A DNA stretch of 64,000 bases from Zygnema circumcarinatum SAG 698-1b (Eukaryota > Plantae > Zygnematophyceae), in assembly GCA_037447605.1 (NCBI GenBank), contig CM074814.1, positions 558,001 through 622,000 on the forward strand, in the 5' to 3' direction. The notes below the pieces were generated by a model. It did no database searches. It was given only the letters and a program-made list of their open reading frames with translations, and was not told the DNA's origin. Position 1 is the first letter of the stretch; each line of letters starts with the position of its first letter. Of this stretch, positions 1 to 11,911 are shown piece after piece. A program made the position numbers and the translations under genes.

Positions 1-1422
1 TCATAGAGAGGCGCCCAAAGCTGTCCTCTTTGAGGGCGTCCACGCCGGCCTGCAGCCCTCCCTCGTCCTTTGCAAACCCTAAATTGGAACTGAATTTGAC
101 TTGCCTACCACGATCCTCAAAACCTAAAACGCCATCTTAAAAAAAACCAAAGAAAAAAGGGGAAAAAAAAAAAAACCTGAATAAAGGCTTGGAGATTCTA
201 TCTTATTTTCCTTTCATTCAAAAAAAAAAAAAATTGGTCCTATACCTGGAAAAAGACGAGGCCCGGCGAATGGGTATCGAAGAGGCGGGGGAGCCACTCT
301 CCCAGGAGGTCCAAGTACTCGTGGTCCTGTGTCGCGTCACGCAGTTCTATGTCGTAGTCGGAGCGTGTTCTGGACCGCCACGGATAGTTGTTCGCGCCGT
401 GCATGGAAAACGAAACCACGCGCGCATCGCCATCGAATATGTGGGCGGTGCCGTTACCCTGTTGAGGAGAGAGGGCACTTGCAATGAGCTGCGGCAGAGT
501 GGGAGGGAGGGAGGGAGGGAGGGAGGGAGGGAGGGCCTCTCTCGCTCTCTTTCTCACTTTCTTTATCTCTCTCACTCTCTTCTCTCTCTCCCTCGCGCTC
601 TCTCTCTCTCTCGGGCGCGCGCTCTCTCTCGCTCTCTCTCGCCATCTCTATATACCTCGCTCACACACATCGACACACGCCATACATACACACGAACACG
701 GAAATACAGGCAATAGGGGGAAGGAGAGGAAGGGGGGAGGAGAGAGGGAGGAGGAGAGGGGGGGGAGGGGGAGGAGGAACGAAGGAAGGAGGAGGGAGGG
801 GGGAGGAGGGAAGTGGGAGGCAGGAGCGAAGGAGGGAAGAAGGACAGGGGAGGAGGAAGGAGTGAAGGTGGGAGAAATTAGGTGGGAGGTTGCAGAGAGG
901 GGAGAAGGAGGCATTGCAAATTTTAGGGTTTATGAGCGGAATCTCTTGTCGCTTGCGTTACGTGACGGAGTCACCTGATGCACGTCCAGGTCGATCACCA
1001 GCGCAGGAGCCGCCACGTGGCAGGCATCCGGATAGCACTCCAAAGCGGCGGCTGCTGCCACAGCGATGTCATTGAAGACGCCTGTTGGAAGGTTTAGGGT
1101 TTAGGGTTTAGGCTTTAGGGTTTGGATACAAGCTAAGGATACATGGGGTTCCGGTCATACATAGGGCATACGTCATCCATAGGGTTCAGTTTCTGAAACT
1201 AGGGTTAGGGTTTCAAATGAGGGTTTATCGCAGGATTTTAGGGTTAGGGTTTTAGGGTTGTCCGTGCTCTCACAGAAGCCCTCCCCGTGGTCCCTAAAGG
1301 CGTGGTGCGTGCCGCCCGCCAAGTGTCCCGCCACTGCGCGCCGCCCCGCCATCACCGCATGCATGGCTGCCACCGTGCCGCTGAACCCCCCCCCATGCAT
1401 GCATGCATGCATGTGAGCACGG

Positions 1423-1503
<81 letters not shown>

Positions 1504-4072
1504 GTCATCTAGCAGAAGAATACTTGTCATCACCTTCTCTTGTTGCTCTAAAACCATCTTTTGAGACCGTTGAAGCTTTCTCTTCTCTCCTTTCCTGTAC
1601 ATCATCTGCTATAGCATTAGAAGTTGTTAGTTTGGGATCATTCTCAAAAACTGTCTTCAAATCTTTTGCTTTGAAGATTGCAAGGGATATGCCGCTCCAA
1701 GAGTCATTTAGCAGTCTGATAAAATACTTGTCTTTTTCTCTGGTTGCTCTAATACCACTTGCAGGGGCCATTGAAGTCTTTTTTTTTTTTATCAACTTTA
1801 CTCTTAGTCTTAATTGATTTCATTCATTCATTCACCTCATTCAACAGACGATGCGTGAGAGTGAAGCTGATCAAAAGAAAACTTCAATGGCCTCAACAAC
1901 TGGTATCAGAGCAACAAGAGAAAAAAATTGACAAATATTTCATCAAACTACTAGACGGCAGCAACTATGACTCTTGGAGCGACCAATTGCTTGCGGTCTT
2001 CAAAGCAGAAGGTTTGCTGAAAACAGTTCCTGGGAATGATTCCAAATAGTAGCTTCTGATTCTACAGAATATCTCTTTCTCTCCCTCTAACTGTACTTAA
2101 TAGAGGCTTGGGAAAGGAGAGAAGGGAAAGCTTCAATGACCTCAACAGGGGAAAGGGAAGGGGAAGGGGCGAAAGGAAAGGGCTATAGCTAAAACTCGTT
2201 CTAAAATTTCCTATACTTTCCAAGAGAGTTTGAAGAGTCTCTAACATTTGGACGCTTCTTATAATTTGATTCCTATGGCTTCTAGGCCTCTCGAACTTTA
2301 GAGGGTGTTCAAAGTGGAGTTCCATAACCTTCTTTGCTTTCAGACCAAGAAGAATTTGTGAGGACTCTTTCAAATGGAGAGAGCCATGAAACATAAGACA
2401 TTGAGGAATGCACGAAATGCCAAAGACCGGAACTGAACGGCGCAAAAGTGACATGGAAAAGAGAGAGAGAGAGGGAGAGAGAGGGAGAGAGAGCGAGAGA
2501 GAGAGAGGGAGAGAAAGAGAACGTACCCCGTCGAGGCATACGACCTTCGAACCATTTCAGGGCTCCATGGAAACCCCGTCGTTCGAATTTCCATGGGAGA
2601 GAGCTCGCCCGTAGTTACTTTCCGTACATATCTGGCACACACGTGCAGGATATCAATAGGTGAAAAGCGCCAAAATAAACATTCAATTCTGCATTAACCA
2701 AAGGTTTGCAAAAGTTTTCTTTTCGAAAATGTTTACTAATTAAAGGGAGAGTGAAAATGGTCTCGATTTGCTGACACAAAGGGTTCTAAGAAAGTGCAAT
2801 TTTTTTTCTTAAGGGTAATACAAGGTATATACCTCCTTTACGGTTTACTTTAAACGAAACATTTTAGGGTTACATTGGGAGATGAGAGCGGTCCTCACTC
2901 CTGGTCATGCACACGTGTCAGCTCCTCATAGGTCGCTAGAGGGCTGGGAAGGAGCGTGAGGATGTCAGAGAGAGACGAATCGGCTTCGAGCAGCTGACGA
3001 GTTGCGAGGTATCTGCAACAAATACAAAAAAAAAATAATGGATGGAAAGGAGGAGTTGTACAATACGTGATACAATAATTCCTCATCAAGCATGCACATT
3101 TGAGCAATAGAGGATCGTAAGAAAACAGGGGCTTAGGAGAAGGGAAATGGAGGGAGAGGGAGAGGGAGAGGGAGAGGGAGGAGAACAAGGAGAGAGAGAA
3201 AGTGTGTGAGAGAGAAAGAGAGGAAGAGAGTGGGAGAGAGAGGGAGAGGGAGTGGGAGAGGGAGAGGGAGAGGGAGTGGGAGAGGGAGAGGGAGAGGGAG
3301 AGGGAGANNNNNNNNNNAGGGAGAGGGAGAGGGAGAGGGAGAGGGAGAGGGAGAGGGACCGGGAGCGGGAGCGGGAGAGGAAGAGGGAGAGGGAGAGGGA
3401 GAGAGAGAGGGAGAGGGACCGGGAGCGGGAGCGGGAGAGGAAGAGGGAGGGGGACAGGAGGAGAGAGAGAAAGAGAGTGAGAGAGAGAGAGCGAGATTGA
3501 GAGAGTAGCACTAAAGCGGGCCCTCACTTGTTCATTGGAAAGCGATGCCCTTCAGGAAGAACCACCTCCGCGTGGTCGGAGTGGAAAGCGAGCAGCCCTT
3601 CTCCCTCTCCTCCCTCCATGGCTGCCTGCACACTCGTCCTCTCCACCGCACCACTTTTGCTCCCTCCTTCCGCGAGAATTGCCGCCGCTTTTGTTGTTAG
3701 AAAACGTGAAGAGGTAAGGGAGGAAGGGCCCAAAAATTTGTGGTAATGAATTTGGGAGGTAGAGAAAGGGTTGGGGCTTGGAAGTGGGGGGGAGCTGAAT
3801 GGTGGTTTAGGGTTTAAGGAGCGGTTCAACCTGTGAGCTTCAAAGGGGTTACATGTAGAGGAGTTGAACGAGCGAATGTTGAAATTGGAAGTGTAAAAAG
3901 AAAAATGGCCATTTGGGTTTTCTTTAGTTCTACATTTTAAGACGATATTTGATTCAGATTTTACTTTAGATTTGCTTAAAAGGGAGGCACTTAATCGCAA
4001 GAGAGGCGGTACTTTGAACGGAAAGGAGAGCATCTTGGAGAGGGAGAGGTCCTGCAAGGTTCCTACAGACAT
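1..4072 (-). CDS. Zn-dependent histone/lysine deacetylase family protein, bacterial-like (HRFPM-type) clade, long N-terminal extension; 3' end lies beyond window start
   Basis: GT-AG exons (minus): 3528-4072, 2899-3012, 2527-2631, 1274-1380, 975-1081, 246-458, <1-49. They join in frame to ...HRFPMNKYLATRQ...RVHDQEYVRKV...GFPWSPEMVRRSYASTGGT...GGTHHAFRDHGEGFCVFNDIAV...VIDLDVHQGNGTA...SMHGANNYPW...VFFQAGVDALKEDSFGRLSM. The HH dyad, DxDVHQGNG and AGVD Zn ligands are intact. Start ATG at 4072 is inferred. Confidence 0.9.
1090..1260 (+). repeat. Interstitial plant telomere-like repeats (TTTAGGG and variants) in HDAC intron
   Basis: ggtttagggtttagggtttaggctttagggttt at about 1090-1123 and degenerate ttagggtt copies at about 1200-1260. 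Confidence 0.8.
1425..1500. repeat. (GA)n microsatellite
   Basis: Pure GA dinucleotide run of about 75 nt just upstream (on the sense strand) of the acceptor at 1381. Confidence 0.95.
1505..2145. mobile_element. LTR-retrotransposon remnant (tRNA-Met PBS plus copia-like gag N-terminus) present as inverted copies
   Basis: TGGTATCAGAGC at 1901-1912 followed by KLLDGSNYDSWSDQLLAVFKAEGLLKTV (copia gag N-terminus-like). A diverged inverted copy runs from about 1757 downward (tggtattagagcaaccagag...RLLNDSWSGISLAIFKAKDLKTV), with a further partial copy at about 1510-1570. Confidence 0.65.
3140..3505. repeat. (GAGAGG)n-type purine tract with internal direct duplication; contains an N gap
   Basis: gagagg hexamer arrays; gggaccgggagcgggagcgggagaggaagaggga occurs twice (about 3355 and 3415). 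Lies in HDAC intron 1. Confidence 0.85.
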
Positions 4073-5554
4073 GTGAAATGCGGGTTTGGAAATATTTAAT
4101 AAAAACTGCAAACCCTAAAAAGCTTTCCTAGAAATTAGGCTTTCGTTCTTGCGACCAGAGAAAACACTTATCAGATAAACCTAAACTGCTTTCCCTGAGA
4201 ACTTTTCATTCACTGTCCAGCTTCATAAAATTAAAATTTCCACCATTTGGCGTTTTAACTTTCCACATGACCCTAAATACTTCAGAAAGGAATTCGAATT
4301 CTGATACCTAAATTTCCGCGGTTCTTTAAGAAAATATGTAAGAAAACTTCCGCCCCCTTCGCCTGCTGTAAACGCCAACTGGATGCCGTAAAACTGGACA
4401 GAAGCTCAACAAATAACGTATCGACGTATATTCATATGTCAATATATCCTTACATACCTGAATATATCGATATTTTGATACCTACCTGATATATCGCATC
4501 CAGACCACGGTATACTTACTGTAGGAATTGTATCGCCATATTGGAATATATCTCCAAATAACTGACAATTTTTTTGACTCCGAAAAAAAAAAAAAAAATT
4601 TGACCATCCGGCGAAATTTCATTGAACTGAAATGTGAATCTTGAAGGTAAATGCACAGCCCTCAGCTGAGCCAATCAGAGCGAGCTCTTGTCCCGTCCGT
4701 ACAGAAATTTGTACTCTCCGTACTTTTTCACTATTTTTCGTATACAGTACATGCGGAATCTGGAAATACGGAATTCGTACAGTTTTCGTACACATTGTAC
4801 GGTCGGGTGCCTCGAATTCCCCGCCTTGAAGCTCTCCAAAGTCGGCGCGCCCGACCGTTCATCGGCCTGTCCGCGTTTTCCGGATGTCACGTGGCGGCTT
4901 CTGAATCCGCCACGTGTAGTCATCCGCCACGTGGCGCCAGCAGGGCAACGGCCTTTGACTTCTCGGCGCCTAAGTCGACCAATCCACGCTCGTCGTCGCA
5001 CACTCGGATTTCATATTCGGCACAGAGTTACAAAATATGTAATCATATTTCGATAATGCGTGCTGAATATTCGCTGTTTTGTATGTCAGTGCTACGCCCG
5101 CCGGCGCGTAGTTAATCGGCTTCGTCCTCCTCCCCTCGACTTCTGCGAAGCCATGGCGGCTCCTCCGTACCTCTCCCAATGTCTCTCCCACTGGCTCTCT
5201 CTCTCTCTCTCCCCTCCAACATAGATCTCCTCACTCCTCCCCCTTGTCACTCTCCAAGGAGCTCCGGAGCCGCCACGTGTCTCTGAATGTGCGCCCCACT
5301 TAACACGTTTCAAGGAAGGTGGAGTGAATGTAGAAGAGACCGCACTGCAGCCAACGAATCATAAATATCTTTTGTTAATTCCTTATCTGAATCTCTTTCA
5401 ATATAGTCGTTATCTTCTCTCTCTGAGCATCCTCTGCGGCTGCTCTATCTCATAAGGGTTCATATGCGAGCATACGCCTCCCACATGCTCTGGGAGGTTC
5501 AAAATAGGATTTTTCCAGGATAGCTTCTGGATTAAGCTGGGTGGATAGGAAGCC

Positions 5555-8500
5555 ATGGCGGAGCTTTGGTCGAGACGGTCTATTTCAGAGGCGAGTTCAG
5601 AGACTCCACGGGATGGCAGTGAAGGGGAGAAGGAAAGAGAGGGAGAGGGAGAGGGAGAGGGAGAGGCAGGAGAGGGAGGGGGTTACATTGAAGAGGAAGG
5701 TGGAAGCTTCTCAAGAGCCTCCTTTTCGGTGGATGATTCGACCGCTGAAGGTTTCTTTGAGAGCTTCATTACGCAGTCTGAGGGGACGGAACTCAATAGC
5801 GGTGAGTGATGGAGAACCAATGCTGCCATAAACACCGTAATGGAGAATATTAAAGGAATTATTCCTCTCTCCATCTCACTCTTTCCCCCTCTCCTAATTT
5901 CTCTGACTCACTCTCTCTCTCTCTCGCGTGATGAATTCCTTTCCATTTCTTGCTGTCACACTCCTAAATTGCTACTTCTAGCTCAAGATGTCGTAGTAAG
6001 ACCGCTCAATTAAACATAAAAGACACTGAATTTGGAACTTTCAAAAAGGAATCTCTATGTAAGCGAGTCGCTCTGGCTGTGCAAAATTCTGTGAAGCTTA
6101 ACCAACAGGATATTTTGAGGCTTCCTCTTGAACAACAGAGTATCCATATCTATATATATATAGATATAGGTATAGATATATATCGTATCTGCGCTCATGA
6201 AGGCGCGTGCTTACGAAAAAGAATGTCAGGGAGATTCTGGTTAAAGAGTTACATCGAACAGCAGCAACTTCTGTAGCGCAGTCCATGGCGCCTCTCATGT
6301 TGATCCATGCTTTCGTTTTGTGTAACATAATTTTTTCCAACTAATCATGAAGATATAGGTACTTTCGTTCTCATGCCCTTCCATCTTTTTCTTTTTTTTT
6401 CTTCTTGGTTTCATTTCTTTTTTTGACACATTGCGCACCGTGACAGGAGGTGACGCCCTGAGCGAGGAGCCCGCCGACTCGACGGGTCTCCCCGGCCCCT
6501 TTGCGGCCATTCAGTTCCGACTGCCAATTCCGAATTCCGAATGTCCGCCCTTTCAGGACTCGCCGGAGACTCCCTCCGGAAAGGGCGGCCGCGCTCTGCG
6601 GTAAGGGCTTCCCTCTGAATGGCAGGGGAGGGAGTACTGCCAAAGGAGTACGGGAATGAGAGATGAGCTTTGATATAGCTGAAGGAGATTACACGTTTGA
6701 TGAACATTGAATTCGATCGTTCCGGGGTTTGGAAGTTTAGAAGATAAAACTAATGTTTGGAAAGGTTACTTTTAGTTTTAGTTAGTTTTACTTTTAGTCT
6801 TAGCACTACTTGGAATCAAGGGGTTGGGGGAGAGAGTGCGGGAAATGCTCATTCAATCGCGGGATTACGCAGGGGACTCTCTATACGCACTCTTTGTCAA
6901 CTCAACCGAATATTGAAGCTCTATCTGTCTCTCTCACTCTCTCTCTCCCCCTCTCTCACACACACAAATGCATTAACTCACGCTCTCGCTCCCACTCTTT
7001 GTCACCGTCGCCCTAGCCATGTACGTAACCTGCATTCCATGCTGGCAGGGGTGCAGAGCTGCAAGGACAGAGCTGGGGAGGGCTCTCTCCTCCCCCTCCT
7101 CCTCCTCCTCCTCCTCCTCCTCCTCCTCCTCCTCCTCCTCCTCCTCCTCCTCCTCCTTCCCCCTCCCCTCACTCTCTCTCCTTCTCCACGGACTCCCCCT
7201 TGTTCCGGCCTCTCCCTTCGCCACCTTCCGCAGAGAGCCGCCTCGCGGGGGAGGTCACGGCACCGACCGACTGGGACGCAGGGACGTCCCTTGCGGCGCA
7301 AGGTCCGCTTCAAAACCTCTGAAATGAGGGAGGGAGGGAAGGAGAGAGGGAGGGAGGGAGGGAAGGAGAGAGGGAGGGAGGGAGGGAGAAAGGGAGGGAG
7401 GGAGGGAGGGAGGGAAGAAGCGGGGAAGGGAGGAATGGAGGGGGGAAGTGGGGAACGAAGGAGGGGGGAAGGGAGGGAGAGAAAGAGGGAGGGATGGAAA
7501 GAGGGAGTAAGGGAAAGAGGGAGGAAGGAAGGGAGTGAAGAAAGGAGGAGAGATGAAGGGGGGGGGGAGGGGAAAGGGAGGGAGGAACGGGGGAGTAAGA
7601 AAGGGCAGAAGGACGAAGGGAGGAAGGGACGGAGGGAGTGGGGAAGGGAGGGAGGGACGAGAGGGAGAGGAAGGGAGGGAAGGGGGAAGGGAGGGAGGGA
7701 GGAGAGGGAGAGGAAGGGAAGGGAGGGAGGGACGAGAGGGAGTGGAAGGGTGGGAGGGGGAAAGGGAGGGAGGGACGGGGGGAAGGGAGGGAGGGACGGT
7801 GGGGAAATAAGAGGGCGAGGAAGGGAGGGAGGGAGGGAGGGGGAAGGGAGGGACGGACGGGGGGGCGAGGAGGGGGAGAGGAAAGAAGGGAGGAAGGGAG
7901 GGAGGGAATTTTTTCTATTCTAGTTCCGTTTCTTGCTTCGCAGGAACACCGAAGAGGAGGCGGACGGCGGAGAGGAAGCGACCCGCCAACAGCACTTCGC
8001 AGTTTCGCGGAGTCACACATCACATAAGGACGGGGAGGTGGGAGGCCCACATTTGGTGAGCATTTCAAACCACTCTAAAATGATGATTTTATTCCTTTTT
8101 GGGTTCTTGCAGTGGTAGGAAAACGGTAGAAGATACCAAAAAGGGAAGACTAATTTTGAGTTTGGCTCGTTTTAACTAAGTTGAATGTGTGTTCAATGGT
8201 TTCCTCCGCCTTGCTTTTTTGCCTTTGATTTTTTTGAATTCCTTGCAACAGCGTGAGTAGAAATGTTGGGTTTTTTTCTCCCATTTTTGCCTCGCAGGGA
8301 AAATAGTCGCCAGCTGTATTTGGGAGGCTTTGACACAGGCAAGTCGCAAAGCACAAACAGAATTTAGACTTTCAGTTTCGATGCAAAGCAAATAAATAAA
8401 CTTTTAAAAGAACATTGATTTTGTTTTCCTTTACTGCGTCCAAGTATCGAGAGCTCAACTTCGTTAAAGTTGAAACCTCACCAATGTACGAAGCGAGGCA

Positions 8501-11122
8501 CTGCTTGTTGGACAGAGGAGCACGCTGCAGTAGCCTACGACATAGCTGCCATCAAATGCAGGTACGAGTCTCTCTCTCTCTTTTTCTCTCTCTCTCTCTC
8601 TCTCGCCCTCCTCTCCCTCATTTCGTCTCTCTATCAAAATTCCCTCTTCTCGTCATCCCCTCTCTCCCTACCCATCGCGCCTTTCTTCCTCTACCTTTCC
8701 CGCTCTTTCCCTTACCCTCTCTCACTTTCCCAAATTTACAAATTCCTGTCCTGTGCTGATAGGCTGTGCAATATTGCAGGGGGCAGGAGGCGCAGACCAA
8801 CCTCCCTCTCAGCAATTACGAGTCGCAGTTCACCAACATCCGTAAGTGCTTCTCTCTCCCTCTCTCTCCTTCCTTACTTGCGGGAGGCTCTCTCTCCCCA
8901 CCCACCAACTCCCTCCCTTTTTACTTCCCCTACTTTTCTGCATGGACACGCAAGATGCAAGAAGAGAGAGCGACGTTGAGGAAGGAAAGGAGTGAGGGAG
9001 GGAAGGAGGGAGGTATGGAGGGAGGAAGGGAGTGAGGGAGGGCAGGAGGGAGGTATTGAGGGAGGGAAGGAGGGAGGTATGGAGGGAGGGAGTGAGGGAG
9101 GGAAGGAGGCAGGTATGGAGGGAGGGAGGGAGGGAGAGGAGCGTGGGAGGGAGATAGGGGTGCTATATTCACTACTATCTCTTTGTTGCCCTCTGGGTGC
9201 TCTATGCAGGGGCGGTGTCAAAGGAGGAGCTGGTGATGTCCCTCCGCCGTCACAGCAAGGGCTTCTCGCGGGGCACATCGCAGTATCGCGGCGTTACAAA
9301 ACACCAAAAGGCGTGTTCCCTCTCTCCTTATTACCATTAGTATAATTTCAGGCTTAACCATCATCACTAGCACTGAAGAAAAAGCTTCCGTCAATCTGAT
9401 ATGAAAACGAGGCTCGCAATCTTGCTTCAAAGGGGTAGTCCTTGCAAGAAGTCTGCAGTACTACTGAAGGAAAAACTTGTGTTTGGGTGAAACTCTGAAG
9501 CTCATATCAGGCAGGCATATCTTCTGGCATCATGCATACATGCATGACGTGAGAGAGTTTCACACATTTCGCTCCGTTTCATTTCATTTCTCCATCGTCC
9601 CATGGATCTCATAAACTTGACATTGGGTGATTCCAAGTGCAGGGCAAGTGGGAGGCGAGAATAGGGCAGCTGCAGGGGAAGAAGTACATGTACCTCGGCC
9701 TGTACGGCACGGAGGAGGAGGCCGCGAGGGCGTACGACAGGGAGGCTATCAGGCAAACCTTCTCTCCTCAAATATTCTTAAACAATAAAAAATTAGGGTT
9801 CTTAGTCGGAGAATTTTACAACACTTTTTGCTAGAGCATGAACTGAGAACTAGTGATTTTTCTTCTATTGTGTTCTATGCAGACAGAAAGGGGCGTTGGC
9901 TGTAACAAACTTTGATATCTCAACGGTGAATATTTTTATTTTCTCTCAATCTCACTCTCACTCCCACCCGCCCTCCCACTTTTCCCGTTTGATAGCTCTT
10001 ATTGATGAATCTTTACGAAGCTAAAATGCACGTTTCAAAGTCAAGTCATATGAATAGACAACTCTTGCAAGAGAATCTTGCAACCATGTGTAGCTTTCCT
10101 AACCCTAATTCTATAAAACCTAAGAACCCTAACAACTGCTAACAAGACCTGTCACTTGCTCTTACCCTGAAAAACCTATCAGCATAAACAGAACATTATG
10201 CTGCTGCTGCGTGCAGTATTCCGACCAGCCCCTCCCTAAAGCGGAACGCACGCAGGGAGAGGCTTCCTCTCAGCCCTCTCAAGGAGGCCCTGAACTTCCT
10301 TTTTTGCAAGCCGGGCAGCAACTCGGGCAGCAAGAAGAAAATCGCAGAAACGAGCAGTTTCCATGGCTGAGAAGGGACCACCTCCTGCACGACCTCCAGC
10401 CTGACCCTGCTCTCTCTGAGACTGCCTCTCTTAGCGGCTCTCCTAGGGTCACTGCAGAAGGAGTGGGAGTGGGAGTGGGAGGGGGAGTGGGAGGGGGAGT
10501 GGGAGGAGGGGGAGGGGTGGTGGGAGGAGGAAAGGGAGGAGGGGTGCTGGGAGGGGAGGGAGGAGGAGGAGTAGGAGGGGGAGGGGGAGTGAGAGGACGA
10601 GGGGAAGGAGGAGGAGAGGATGTTGAAGCACTGTTTGGGTCACTGTGGCATGATGAGAGTGGGTATCTCGGAACATGTCAGTGTGCTCATATGGAAAATC
10701 CCCAGCTTGGTTTACATGAAGTGGAAGGGTCCAATGCTCAAGCAGGATACGCTTCTCTCCCCCTTCCCAGATCAGTAGAAGTACATGAACAGTGGGGCGG
10801 GCTTCTCTCTCCTTTTGACGGGCAAGCAATAGGCGTAGGAGGAGGGGAAATTTCTGGTTCTACAGGAATGATATCTCACAGCTTGAGTATGCCAGAATTG
10901 CAGCAAACACGTGCATGGTTAATGCAGCCATCTCATACTTCTCCAGGAGCAGTTTTCGGTGAAGGCCCTGCAGAAGCCTCTCTTTCTGATATGAAAAAGG
11001 GCATGGCAGCACACAGAAGGCAGCTTCGGAGGCAACGATTAACAGAAGCGGAAGAAAGTAGAAGTCGAGCTCAGAGTGGGAATGTGAATCCCTCTGCACA
11101 AAGGAGAGCTTTTACGCAGTAA
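5555..11122 (+). CDS. AP2: AP2 transcription factor with two AP2 domains (euAP2-like, no ANT-type insertion in R1)
   Basis: Domain exons 7944-8055, 8298-8338, 8516-8561, 8780-8841, 9210-9310, 9643-9752, 9883-9925, 10217-11122 give [58 protein letters not shown]-linker [39 protein letters not shown]...[32 protein letters not shown]. Three donors are GC. The 5' exons (5555-5801, 6447-6600, 7234-7312) are tentative and their phase linkage is not fully resolved. Confidence 0.88.
7093..7157. repeat. (CCT)n trinucleotide microsatellite
   Basis: About 21 CCT units in an AP2 intron. Confidence 0.9.
7323..7908. repeat. Long polypurine (G/A) low-complexity tract in AP2 intron
   Basis: About 590 nt dominated by ggag/ggaa/gagg units with few pyrimidines. 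Confidence 0.9.
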
Positions 11123-11911
11123 TGTACAGATTTAAATTGTTCGTCTGATTTGCTTCTTAGTCTGCAGAAAGAGGGGTTGAATGTGGAGAAGGTACATGTC
11201 AAAATGTCATCCGCTACAGAGGGATAGAGCCGATGCAGAATGAAAACCTGCAGGTCGTTTGGGTTTGAAAGAGTTTTGACTAACCTTTAACCCGAACCCT
11301 AACCCTAACTGTGATTCTACATTGAAATTTGAAGCAAATCTAAAATTAGTGTGTAGATTTTCAGTATTTCAGTCAGTATTTGAGTCAGTATTCGTAAGTC
11401 GTAGCATGGAAGACCAGGTGCAGGCTCGTGGCTAGAAACCCTAAAAGCATTAGTCATTCTCTAGAGCAGGCAGCCATGCTTCAGATTTAATGTGAGGAAG
11501 GCAGTTTGTAACTTTGTATAGTAGTGTGCAAACTTAGGGAGGTTTACATGCAAAGTCCCTCAAATGGAGGGCTTATTCCTGTAAAAATACTTCATAACTG
11601 AACAGAGATGCGCGAGATATTTTCAAGCCATTGTTGCCTGCATGCACTTGTATCCGATCCATTTTTTTGCAACGCGTCTATCTCCTCTGTCCCTTTCCTG
11701 CCTCTCTGCAAGCTCAAGTTTCTGTGTCAAAAATATTCGAGGAAAAACCCCTTTAACGTCATATCAATCGAGTAAAATAATCCTTGAAGCAGACGATGAG
11801 CCGCTTATGCACTGGCGGATCCACGGTTGAATTCAAGAGGGGCCTTTAGCTCTGTTCACAAACTTCAGTCACCACAGAATCACGGAGTACTTTAATCTCC
11901 TGCTTATAATA

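Noticed and set aside
1090-1123. TTTAGGG repeats as a chromosome end
   Set aside because: Only about 4 units, internal to an intron with exons on both sides.
3308-3317. N-runs (also about 13910 and 61218) as biological features
   Set aside because: Fixed 10-N assembly gaps in low-complexity introns; true distances across them are unknown.
6757-8068. 388-aa and 252-aa Gly/Arg/Glu- or Pro/Ser-rich ORFs
   Set aside because: These read through CCT and polypurine intron tracts of the AP2 gene.
10217-11200. miR172 target site expected in euAP2 genes
   Set aside because: No recognisable CTGCAGCATCATCAGGATTC-like match seen by eye; absence is not proven without alignment.
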